The notes under the pieces: model-generated
Databases searched by the model: none
What the model was told of the DNA's origin: nothing
What the model saw: the letters and a program-made list of their open reading frames with translations, nothing else
In this document: in pieces, positions 28,314-36,270 of the stretch
Layout: each line of letters begins with the position of its first letter
Position numbering within the stretch: the first letter of the stretch is position 1
Assembly: GCA_018266075.1 (NCBI GenBank)
Contig: JAFEBB010000023.1
Coordinates: 18,407 to 82,406, forward strand
From: Deltaproteobacteria bacterium
GTDB lineage: Bacteria; Myxococcota; Myxococcia; Myxococcales; SZAS-1
Length of the DNA: 64,000 nt
Reading direction: 5' to 3'
Program-made: the position numbers and the translations under genes

Positions 28314-29909
28314 ATGACGGTCGCTCCTCCTGTCGAGCTTGCACCGCCGGAGCCGCAGGTGCAGAGGCGCCGCCAGGTGGCGCTGGGGGCCCTGACCTTC
28401 GGGGCCGCGGCGCTGATCGTCCAGTCGGGCATGCCGGGCCTGCCAGACTCCGACCCCTACCGGCACATGGCCTATGCGACGGAGCTCTTGCGCTCGGGCT
28501 TTGCGCTGCGCGGGCACCCTTTCTTGCCTCTCACCCTCCTCGGTGACTCGGGGGTGGACCTCTGGTGGGGCTACCACCTGCTGCTCGTGCCCTTCACGCC
28601 GCTGGGCGTGATCTGGGGGGCGCGCGCCGCAGGTGTGGTGGGGGCCGCAGCGGTGGGCGGGTTCGTGTCGTGGTTTCTGGCGCGCTGGGGCCAGCGGAGG
28701 GCTGCCTTCTTCGCGATGCTTGCGCTGGCCATGTCGCCCACGTTCGTCCTGCGCGACGCCTGCGCCCGGCCCACGCACCTCACCGTGCCCCTCCTGCTGG
28801 TGAGCCTGGCCGCGGGGACGGGAGAGCTCGCCTGGGGCTGGGCGGCGCTGTCCGCGGCGCTGCACCTGTGGCTGCACCTCTCGGCCCCGCTGGCGCCGGT
28901 CTTCGCCGGGCTGGGCTGGCTGGCCTCGCTCTCCGCGGGTCGCAGGGACTGGCCCAAGGCCGTGGCTGCGTCGGTCGCGGGCCTGCTGGTGGCGCTGCTC
29001 GTCCGCCCCGACCGGGCCCACTTCCTGCGCGTCGCCGCGCTCCACAACCTGGGCGCGATGGGCTTTCTCTCGGGCGGACTCTTGCCGCACGCCGGGGCCG
29101 AGCTGGAGCCCATCCGTGTGGACCAGCTCGTCGGCGAGATCGGGCTGGGGGTGGCGGTGCTCGTGCTGGCGCTGGTGTTGGCGCGCGGCCGGGCCGCGAC
29201 GGGCCCTGTGGTCGTCCGCCGGGCGATCCTCGGGGCGGTGCTGCTCACGCTGGGCATGACGCTGCGGAGCGGCAGGTTCCTCGACTACCTGGCCCCGCTC
29301 CTGGCGGTGGCGGCGGGGTTGAGCTGGCCTTCGAAGCTCGAGTCGGCGGTCCGCACCCGGGTCCGGGCGATCTCGGTGGTGGTGGCGGTCGCCGGGCTCC
29401 TCGGGTTCTCGCGAGGCGTCGATCGGGCCTGGGAGGTTGGCCGACGCTACCTCCCGGCTCCAGCGTCCGTGGCCGAATTCGCGGAGCGGGTACGGGTCAA
29501 CGTGCCCGCCGGCACCCTTCTTTTCACCGACGATATCTTCCTCACGGCGGTGCTCTACGCCTCGCTGCCGGAGTACCGCTACCTGAACGCCTACGACCCG
29601 GCTCTGCTCTACGTGCCCCACCCGGACCTCTTCTGGGTCTGGCACCACGCGGTGGTCGACGCGGCGTACTGCGACCAGCGGACGTGCGCCGGACAGGAGC
29701 CCAGCGCAGCGGCGCTCCGCCAAGCGCTGGCGCGGCTGGGGACGACCTGGGTGGTGACCTCCTACCCGCCTGGCGTGTTCTCCATGCAGTCTGTGCTGCT
29801 GCAGCACCCGCCCGGCTTCGAGTTGGTGGCCTACGTACCCGCCGACGAGGCCGGGCTCTTCCTGTGGCGCGTGGTCGACGCAGCGCCCGGGCCGCCGCCA
29901 GGCCCTTAG
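28314..29909 (+). CDS. Polytopic membrane protein, putative GT-C-like glycosyltransferase
   Basis: About 531 aa. The first loop 'PGLPDSDPYRHMAYATELLRSG' (28446-28466) resembles the D-x-D-x-Y-x-H first-loop motif of STT3/AglB-type and other GT-C enzymes. Many TM helices. The start is uncertain (TTG 28305, GTG 28311 or ATG 28314). Confidence 0.65.
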   Translation: MTVAPPVELAPPEPQVQRRRQVALGALTFGAAALIVQSGMPGLPDSDPYRHMAYATELLRSGFALRGHPFLPLTLLGDSGVDLWWGYHLLLVPFTPLGVIWGARAAGVVGAAAVGGFVSWFLARWGQRRAAFFAMLALAMSPTFVLRDACARPTHLTVPLLLVSLAAGTGELAWGWAALSAALHLWLHLSAPLAPVFAGLGWLASLSAGRRDWPKAVAASVAGLLVALLVRPDRAHFLRVAALHNLGAMGFLSGGLLPHAGAELEPIRVDQLVGEIGLGVAVLVLALVLARGRAATGPVVVRRAILGAVLLTLGMTLRSGRFLDYLAPLLAVAAGLSWPSKLESAVRTRVRAISVVVAVAGLLGFSRGVDRAWEVGRRYLPAPASVAEFAERVRVNVPAGTLLFTDDIFLTAVLYASLPEYRYLNAYDPALLYVPHPDLFWVWHHAVVDAAYCDQRTCAGQEPSAAALRQALARLGTTWVVTSYPPGVFSMQSVLLQHPPGFELVAYVPADEAGLFLWRVVDAAPGPPPGP

Positions 29910-31813
29910 GGTCGAGCGGGGAGCGGCGTGTCAGGCCGCACCCAGACGCCGCAGCCTTCGGAGCCGCAGGGCCAGAGCGGTCGCCAGCCGGCGTCGCGCA
30001 GCGTGCGCTCGGCGCGCGAGCCGCGGGCGAAGCTGGCCCAGCGGACCTTCTCCTCGTCGAGCTTCTGGAGCCAGGCCTGCGCGTCCACGCCGTCCTCGAG
30101 GGGCAGGTAGAGCACGCGGTTCTGCCAGTCGCTGCGCCAGAGCTGGTACACGAACGAGGTGGAGATGTCGTAGGCGCTGGCCTCGCCGGGCTGGACGATT
30201 TGATCGCGCAAGGCGATGCCGGGTTGCTGCCAGTTGTCGAGCTTGAGGGTGGCGCGCTGCTCGGGCGTCATCTTCGCGGCGGCCTCGAGCACGTCGAAGA
30301 CGCGGCCGGCGGGCTCGCGCGGGGCGAGCAGGCCCTGTCGCGCGGGCCAGGCCTGCCACGCCGCCCAGCCGGTGAGCCCCACGAGCACGATTTGCTGCAA
30401 CCACGCGCGCGGCAGGAGCTGCACCAGAACGGCGCAGGCCAGGAGCCCCGCGGCGGGGAAGCCGAGCGTGTAGCGCGGCCACCAGCGGGCCGGCGTGGCC
30501 ACGGCGGTGAGCAGGAAGAGCGCGACGGTGATGGCGCCCGGCGTGGGCTGCTTTCGCGCGAGCTGGACGCCCGCGTAAACGATCGCCACGGCCGCCGCGG
30601 GGAGCAGCGCGCACAGCCAGAGCGAGCCGAAGCCGCCGAGCCGCACGTCGGCGAGCCAGACGGGGTGCGGCTCGGTGAAGCTGCGCCACATGGCGTTCAG
30701 GTCGTCGGGGCCGCCGAAGGGCGGGGTGGTGAAGTCGGTGATGCGCCAGTGTGGATCGAAGTTGAAGACCTTGTTGCCGAGCAGCGGCACGTTCACTTCC
30801 GCGGGCCAGAACGGGTTGCCGAAGCGGACGAGGTCGCGCACGTAGGTGGCGCCGCCGAGGAGGAAGATGGCGGCCATGGCCGCGCCGGTCTGGGCGAGCA
30901 GCGACTTCGTGGCCCGCGTCTTCCGCCACTCGAGTCCCACGGCCAGCAGCACCAGCGGGGCGATCATCACCGTGTGCAGCAGCCCCGAGACCTTCGAGCC
31001 TGCATAGGCGCCGAGCGCGAGCGCGCCGAAGAGCCGGTGCGCGGGCTTGGCGTCGAGCCGGCCCAGGAAGAGCACCGCCGCGAGCCAGAGCCCGGCCGAG
31101 CCGGCGTCGTTGTAGTTGGTGGGCGTGTTCAGCCACACCGCGGGCAGCAGAAGCCAGAGCAGGCCCAGGCCCCAGGCGAGCGCGGGCTTGGCGCCGGCGT
31201 TGCGACACATGCTCGCCAGCGCGGCGGAGCCCATGAGCACCAGCGGGAGCTGGGCGCCGTCCAACAAGCGGTCGTCGGGGGCGAAGAGCACGTTCCAGAG
31301 CGAGAGCAGCTCCAGGCCCTTCGGGTAGCTGTTCACGAAGGGGATCCACGTGGCCACCCAGCCGAGCGAGTGCTCCTGGTACGCGTACGCGGAGATCGCG
31401 TCGTGGTACCACATCGCGTCCCAGCCCCAGCTCGGGAGCAGGTACACGTAGGTCGCGAGCAACAGCGTGAGCCCGATCGCCAGGGCGGTGGCCAGGGCGC
31501 TTCCGCCGCCCCAGAGCGCCACGCGCGCGCCGGTGCGAAACCGCGCAAGCGTCGACGCCAACCGCGCTCGGTCCGGCCGCGTCCAGGCGATGAGGCCACC
31601 CGAGAGCGCGATCACCGCGAGGGCCACGGTCCACGGGTAGAGCGCGCCCGCGTAGCCCAGGCCTTCCGACGACGCGAGGACGATGGCCACCGCCGTCACG
31701 CAGCTGCCCACCAGCAGCTCGCCGATGCGGAGCTGTTCGGCGAAGCGCATCGCCAGCGCCCAGCCGGCGGCCCATGCCAATGCGGTGAGCGCAGCCCAGA
31801 GCAGGAAGCCCAT
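29906..31813 (-). CDS. Polytopic membrane protein, putative GT-C-like glycosyltransferase
   Basis: 635 aa, convergent with the previous gene (the stops overlap by 4 nt). The loop motif 'SWGWDAMWYHDAISAY' (31403-31420) is the same D-x3-Y-H pattern as the 17693 gene. More than 10 TM helices and a C-terminal soluble domain. Confidence 0.7.
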   Translation of the reverse strand: MGFLLWAALTALAWAAGWALAMRFAEQLRIGELLVGSCVTAVAIVLASSEGLGYAGALYPWTVALAVIALSGGLIAWTRPDRARLASTLARFRTGARVALWGGGSALATALAIGLTLLLATYVYLLPSWGWDAMWYHDAISAYAYQEHSLGWVATWIPFVNSYPKGLELLSLWNVLFAPDDRLLDGAQLPLVLMGSAALASMCRNAGAKPALAWGLGLLWLLLPAVWLNTPTNYNDAGSAGLWLAAVLFLGRLDAKPAHRLFGALALGAYAGSKVSGLLHTVMIAPLVLLAVGLEWRKTRATKSLLAQTGAAMAAIFLLGGATYVRDLVRFGNPFWPAEVNVPLLGNKVFNFDPHWRITDFTTPPFGGPDDLNAMWRSFTEPHPVWLADVRLGGFGSLWLCALLPAAAVAIVYAGVQLARKQPTPGAITVALFLLTAVATPARWWPRYTLGFPAAGLLACAVLVQLLPRAWLQQIVLVGLTGWAAWQAWPARQGLLAPREPAGRVFDVLEAAAKMTPEQRATLKLDNWQQPGIALRDQIVQPGEASAYDISTSFVYQLWRSDWQNRVLYLPLEDGVDAQAWLQKLDEEKVRWASFARGSRAERTLRDAGWRPLWPCGSEGCGVWVRPDTPLPARP

Positions 31814-31892
31814 TGGGCGCGCACGGTGCCACAGGACGCCTGAGGCGAGAAGCTCCGTTCAACCAGCTCGCCTCCGCCTCCAGCCCCGGCAG

Positions 31893-33659
31893 TCAGCCTC
31901 GGCCGAGGTACACCCGCGCGCTCCAGGGCTGCAGCATCCCCAGCTCTCCCGGTCCGCCGTAGCGAAGCTCCTGCGTATCCATCACCAGGGTGAAGCCCGC
32001 GCCGGGATCGCACGCGCGCGGCGGAGCGTCGAAGGAGAGGAGCACCAGGCTCTTCTCGCCGTTGGCGGTGCGCAGCACGCGGACCACCTCACCGTCCACG
32101 CTCACCCGCGGCGTCACGCAGCTCAGGCTGGGGTGGGTGGCGCGGAGCTCGAGCAGCGAGCGGTAGAGCAAGTAGAGCTGCGCGTGCCCCTCCTCGCGGC
32201 GCAGGGAAGGGTGCACCCGCGAGCGCGCGAAGGTGGTCTCGTGCTGCGGATCCGGCACCGCCTGAGATTCCAGCTCGGGGAACTCGCGCGCGCGTCCCTC
32301 GGTGACGGCGCGGCCGAGGGCGGGATCCTGGTGGCTGGTGAAGTAGAGGAACGGCGCGTCCTCGCCCCACTCTTCGCCCATGAAGATGAGCGGCACGTGC
32401 GGCGCGAGCAGGGTGGTCACCGCCGCCAGACGCGTGCGCGCTGCGTTCACCAGGTGGTGGAGCCGCTCGCCCCGCGCGCGGTTGCCGACCTGATCGTGGT
32501 TTTGATCGCAGACCACGAAGCGCTCCGGCGCGAGGCCGGCGCTCGAGTCGCCGAAGGGCCGCCCGCGAAACCTCGACAGCTGGCCCTCGAACACGTACCC
32601 GCGCTCCAGCGCCGCCGCCACCTGCTCGGTGCGACCGAAGTCCACGTAGTAGCTGTGCCGCTCGTCGGTGAGCCGCGCGTGCAGCGCGTGGTGGAAGTCG
32701 TCGCTCCACTGCGCGTCGAGGCCCCAGCCCTCCGGCCGCGGCCGCAGGACCTTGCTCTCGTTCAGGTCGCTCTCGCCGATGAGCAGCGCCGGCCGGCCGG
32801 TGCGCGCCTCGAGCGCGTCCACCTCCGCCGCGAGCTGGGCCAGCACGTGCGGCTTGGTGTCGTCCACGATGCCGTGCACGGCGTCGAGCCGGAGCGCGTC
32901 GATGTGGAAGTCCTCCAGCCAGCGCAGCGCGGAGTCGATGACGAAGCGCCGCACGCCTGCGCTCTCCGGGCCGTCGTAGTTGATGGCCGCGCCCCAGGGC
33001 GTCTGGTGGCGGTCGGTCCAGAAGGGCATGAACTCGCCGTACCAGCAGCCCTCCGGCCCGAGGTGGTTGAAGACCACGTCGAGCACCACCGCCATCTCCA
33101 GCCGGTGCGCGGCGTCGACCAATCGTTTGAGCTCAAACGGTCCGCCGTACGGCTGGTGCACGGCGTAGAGGTTCACGCCGTCGTAGCCCCAGTTGCGCGT
33201 GCCCGAGAACGGCGCCACGGGCATGAGCTCGATGGCGCGCACGCCCAGCTCGTGCAGCATGGGGAGCTGGCGCACCACGCCGGCGAAGTCGCCGGTGGCC
33301 GAGAAGCTGCCCACGTGGAGCTCGTAGATGGTCCAGTCGCGCAGCGGCGGCGGGCGGAAGGTGGCGTCCGTCCACGGAAACGCGGGATCGAGCAGCATCG
33401 CCGGGCCGTGCACGCCATCTGGCAGCAGCGCCGCGGCCGGATCCGGCCGGATCCGCTCACCGTCGATGCGATAGGCGTAGCGCATGCCCGGGCGCACACC
33501 CTCCACGCGGAAGTCGGCGCGCCCTTCGCTGTCGCGGTGAATCGGCAGCGCGCGGCCAGTCTCCGGGAAGACGAGCTCGAGCTTCTTCGGCTTCGGCGCC
33601 CAGATGTGAAACCGCGCTTGCGACGGGCCGGTGGGATGGCTGCCTGCTCGGACGCTCAT
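31893..33659 (-). CDS. treZ: Malto-oligosyltrehalose trehalohydrolase (GH13)
   Basis: 'FHIWAPKPKKLELVF', 'PDPAAALLPDGVHGP', 'IYELHVGSFS', 'RNWGYDGV', 'VVLDVVFNHLGPEG' and 'HIDALRLDAVHGI' follow the TreZ pattern along the whole length. Confidence 0.88.
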   Translation of the reverse strand: MSVRAGSHPTGPSQARFHIWAPKPKKLELVFPETGRALPIHRDSEGRADFRVEGVRPGMRYAYRIDGERIRPDPAAALLPDGVHGPAMLLDPAFPWTDATFRPPPLRDWTIYELHVGSFSATGDFAGVVRQLPMLHELGVRAIELMPVAPFSGTRNWGYDGVNLYAVHQPYGGPFELKRLVDAAHRLEMAVVLDVVFNHLGPEGCWYGEFMPFWTDRHQTPWGAAINYDGPESAGVRRFVIDSALRWLEDFHIDALRLDAVHGIVDDTKPHVLAQLAAEVDALEARTGRPALLIGESDLNESKVLRPRPEGWGLDAQWSDDFHHALHARLTDERHSYYVDFGRTEQVAAALERGYVFEGQLSRFRGRPFGDSSAGLAPERFVVCDQNHDQVGNRARGERLHHLVNAARTRLAAVTTLLAPHVPLIFMGEEWGEDAPFLYFTSHQDPALGRAVTEGRAREFPELESQAVPDPQHETTFARSRVHPSLRREEGHAQLYLLYRSLLELRATHPSLSCVTPRVSVDGEVVRVLRTANGEKSLVLLSFDAPPRACDPGAGFTLVMDTQELRYGGPGELGMLQPWSARVYLGRG

Positions 33660-33813
33660 CTCGCGAAGGTAAGCCCGGGTGTCGAAAGGGCAATCCCGGC
33701 GAGCGGCCGAGCCTCGGAGAGATTATGGATCTGCCCGAAGGCCAACGGTCCCTGTCACCTCGGGCAGGGCTTGCGGCTCCAACATCGGCCGGCCGTGGCA
33801 AGGACGACGTCCC

Positions 33814-34494
33814 ATGACCCAGCTCCCCGTGACCGAAGGCAAGCTCACGCTGCACGCCGAGACGAACCTGCCCACCCGGCAAGGCCGCTTCCGCATGGTG
33901 GTGTTCAAGTACGAGGGCGAGCCGGGCGAGCACATCGCCATGATCAAGGGCGACGTGCGCGGCGCGGAGGACCTGCCGGTGCGCGTGCACTCCGAGTGTC
34001 TGACCAGCGAAGTCTTCGGCTCGCTGAAGTGCGATTGCCGCGACCAACTCCAGGGCGCGCTCGCCACCATCGAGCGGGCAGGGCGCGGGATGGTCGTGTA
34101 CCTGCGCCAGGAAGGCCGCGGCATCGGGCTCATCAACAAGGTGCGCGCCTATCAGCTCCAGGAGCAGGGCGCGGACACCGTGGAGGCCAACGAGCTGCTC
34201 GGGCTTCCGGTCGAAGGTCGCCAGTACGACGCGGCCGCGGCGCTCTTGAAGCACCTGGGCGTGCAGAGCGTTCGGCTGCTCACCAACAACCCCGACAAGC
34301 TCCACAAGCTGAGCGAGCTGGGCATCGCCGTCTCCGGGCGGCTGCCGGTGGTGGTGGCGGCGAACCCGTTCTCGGCGAGCTACTTGCGGGTGAAGCGCGA
34401 GCGTATGGCGCACCTGCTCGCGGGCGAGGACGCCGACAACGAAGAGCTCGACGCCGCCGAAGCCCTGGCGTTCGGGCGAATCGCGGGCCTCTGA
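33814..34494 (+). CDS. ribA: GTP cyclohydrolase II
   Basis: 'VRVHSECLTSEVFGSLKCDCRDQL' (zinc Cys motif), 'YLRQEGRGIGLINK', 'LLTNNPDK'. ATG 33814 is preferred over the ORF-track start at 33679. Confidence 0.9.
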   Translation: MTQLPVTEGKLTLHAETNLPTRQGRFRMVVFKYEGEPGEHIAMIKGDVRGAEDLPVRVHSECLTSEVFGSLKCDCRDQLQGALATIERAGRGMVVYLRQEGRGIGLINKVRAYQLQEQGADTVEANELLGLPVEGRQYDAAAALLKHLGVQSVRLLTNNPDKLHKLSELGIAVSGRLPVVVAANPFSASYLRVKRERMAHLLAGEDADNEELDAAEALAFGRIAGL

Positions 34495-34498
34495 AGTC

Positions 34499-34513
34499 GT
34501 CAGGTGACCTGAC
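34499..34513. terminator. 15-bp near-perfect palindrome between the convergent ribA and gshA stops
   Basis: GTCAGGT-G-ACCTGAC lies exactly between TGA 34492-94 and the gshA stop at 34513-15. It could form a short hairpin on either strand. There is no T-run. Confidence 0.3.
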
Positions 34514-35835
34514 TAAATCGCGGCCTGGGCGATCACCGCGTTCGGCCCGCCGCGCTCGAAGGCGCGCAGGATCCGCTCGGCGCGGGTCATGTCGGTGTGG
34601 GCGATCTCGGCGAGCGGCTCGAGGAAGTCGGTCTCGTCCTGGCAGTGCTGGCGGACCAAGCCACGACGGGCGATGGCCACGAGCTCCACGGCCAGGTCGC
34701 GCGCGCGATGGCGTCCGCAGGGCGCATCGAGCGCGCGGCGGGCGACGTCGTGGCGCAGTTGCTGGCGACCCTTGGCGTCGAGCATCTCGGTGAGCTCGAT
34801 GGCGTCGCCGCGCGCGGTCTCGTCGTAGAGCACGCCCTTCCACAGCGCGACGATGGCCACCGCGAGATCCGGCCCGGCGGCATCCGCGGTGCGCAGCTCG
34901 ATGACCTGCTTCACGCGCACGTCGGGGAAGAGCGTGGTGAGGTGATCGGCCCAATCGCCCACGGTGGCGCGCTCGTTCTCGAAGCCCTTCTGCATGAAGT
35001 CGCGGAAGCGAAGGTTCGGCGGCGCGAGGTAGCGGCCGTCGCGGCGAAGGAAGATGACGGGCGCGTCGAGGCCCCAGTCGACGTACTTGTCGAGCGTGAA
35101 GCCGCCGTCGAAGTGCAAGAGGCCCGTGCGCGCGGGATCGACGTCTTCCCACACGCGCATGCGGTAGCTCAGGCACCCGCTCGGCTGGCTGTTCGCGAGC
35201 GGCGAGCAGGCGCAGAGCGCGGTCACGAGCGGCGAGATGCTCGTGGCCGCGGCGAACTTCTCCGCGAGATCGTTTTCGTCGGCGTAGTCGACGGACGCTT
35301 GAGCCGTGCCCGTCATGAGCATCATGTCCAGGCCGAGCTTGCCGTGCGCCTCGAGGTAGCGGCGCATCACCGCGTAGCGCTCCTTCGGCATCCAGAGGCC
35401 ATCCGCCGTCGTGCCGAAGGGCCGGTAGCCCATCGACGTGAACCGCAGCCCGAGCTCGCTCGCGATCGCGCGCAGCCGCGCGAAGTGCTCCGCCTGCTCG
35501 GTCGCCACGGCCTTGACGGACGTCGTCGGCGAGCCGGCGAGCTCCACCTGTCCACCGGGCTCGAGCGAGAGCTGCGCGCCGTCGTGAAGCATGGCGATGG
35601 CGCGGTCGTGCTCGAGGAACGGCTGAAAGCCCCAGCGCTCGAAGCGTCGGAGCAGGGTCTCGATGCCGCGCGGGCCGTCGAAGGGGATCGGCGAGGTGCC
35701 GAGGAAGCCCACGCTCTCGTGCTCGAGGCCGATGCGGTGCTTCTCGACGGGCTTCATGCCCGCGCGGAACGGCGCGAGGAGCTGGTCGCGCGTTTCGAGC
35801 GGGGTGGCGGTTTCGGGGCGGTTGTCGAGTGACAT
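34513..35835 (-). CDS. gshA: Glutamate-cysteine ligase, plant/proteobacterial (GCS2) type
   Basis: 440 aa from ATG 35835. 'IGLEHESVGF', 'LSLEPGGQVELAGSP', 'MPKERYAVMRRYL', 'GLDMMLMTGTAQASVDY', 'DWADHLTTLFPDVRVKQVIELRTADA'. The ORF-track extension to 36438 is antisense to the response-regulator gene and is rejected. Confidence 0.85.
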   Translation of the reverse strand: MSLDNRPETATPLETRDQLLAPFRAGMKPVEKHRIGLEHESVGFLGTSPIPFDGPRGIETLLRRFERWGFQPFLEHDRAIAMLHDGAQLSLEPGGQVELAGSPTTSVKAVATEQAEHFARLRAIASELGLRFTSMGYRPFGTTADGLWMPKERYAVMRRYLEAHGKLGLDMMLMTGTAQASVDYADENDLAEKFAAATSISPLVTALCACSPLANSQPSGCLSYRMRVWEDVDPARTGLLHFDGGFTLDKYVDWGLDAPVIFLRRDGRYLAPPNLRFRDFMQKGFENERATVGDWADHLTTLFPDVRVKQVIELRTADAAGPDLAVAIVALWKGVLYDETARGDAIELTEMLDAKGRQQLRHDVARRALDAPCGRHRARDLAVELVAIARRGLVRQHCQDETDFLEPLAEIAHTDMTRAERILRAFERGGPNAVIAQAAI

Positions 35836-35874
35836 GGCTGGACGAGCGAGCGCGGAACATAGCTTCCCGGTAGG

Positions 35875-36270
35875 ATGCGCGCCATGAAGCCGCTGTTGCT
35901 CCTGGTCGACGACGAGCCGCACATCCGCGCCTTCCTGCGCAAGAGCGTGGGCGACAGGCTGCGCGTGGTGGAGGCGAACAACGGCGAGGAGGCGCTGCTC
36001 CAGATCCAGCGCGACCCGCCGGACATCGTGGTGATGGACCTCGAGATGCCGGTGATGGACGGGCTCGTGGCCGCCACGGAGATGCGCAAGCTGCCGGTGA
36101 TGAAGGACAAGCCCATCATGGCGCTCACCGGCTACGACGACGACCAGATCGTGGCCAAGCTGCGCAAGGCGGGCTTCACCTTCTACGTGCGCAAAGAGGG
36201 CGACGCGCGAGAGTTCGTGAAGAAGGTGCTCGAGTTCGCAGGCGTGCTCGACGGCGGGACCGACGAGTGA
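35875..36270 (+). CDS. Single-domain response regulator (CheY-like receiver)
   Basis: 'LLLLVDDEPHIRAFL', phospho-acceptor region 'DIVVMDLEMPVMDG', 'IMALTGY', 'KAGFTFYVRK'. An alternative ATG at 35884 has better RBS spacing. Confidence 0.85.
   Translation: MRAMKPLLLLVDDEPHIRAFLRKSVGDRLRVVEANNGEEALLQIQRDPPDIVVMDLEMPVMDGLVAATEMRKLPVMKDKPIMALTGYDDDQIVAKLRKAGFTFYVRKEGDAREFVKKVLEFAGVLDGGTDE

Noticed and set aside
28530-28600. 'DLWWGYH' in the 28314 membrane protein as the STT3/PglB WWDYG oligosaccharyltransferase motif.
   Set aside because: It lies about 40 residues after the first loop, near the N-terminus and probably within or near a TM segment. In genuine oligosaccharyltransferases WWDYG sits in the C-terminal periplasmic domain after about 13 TM helices. 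It is only a superficial resemblance.
31893-33659. treZ standing alone (no treY or treX neighbours) as evidence of a novel pathway or as part of the glycosylation island.
   Set aside because: It is on the opposite strand to most of the island and has its own context with ribA and gshA. Dispersed trehalose and glycogen genes are common. Nothing in the sequence links it to the island.
33660-33813. An FMN (RFN) riboswitch upstream of ribA, and likewise upstream of ribF at 5593-5752.
   Set aside because: I could not find the conserved RFN core segments (the GGGG..GAAA..CCC and AGCCGACAGT..AGTC.GGATG type boxes) on either strand. Only generic GC-rich hairpins are present.
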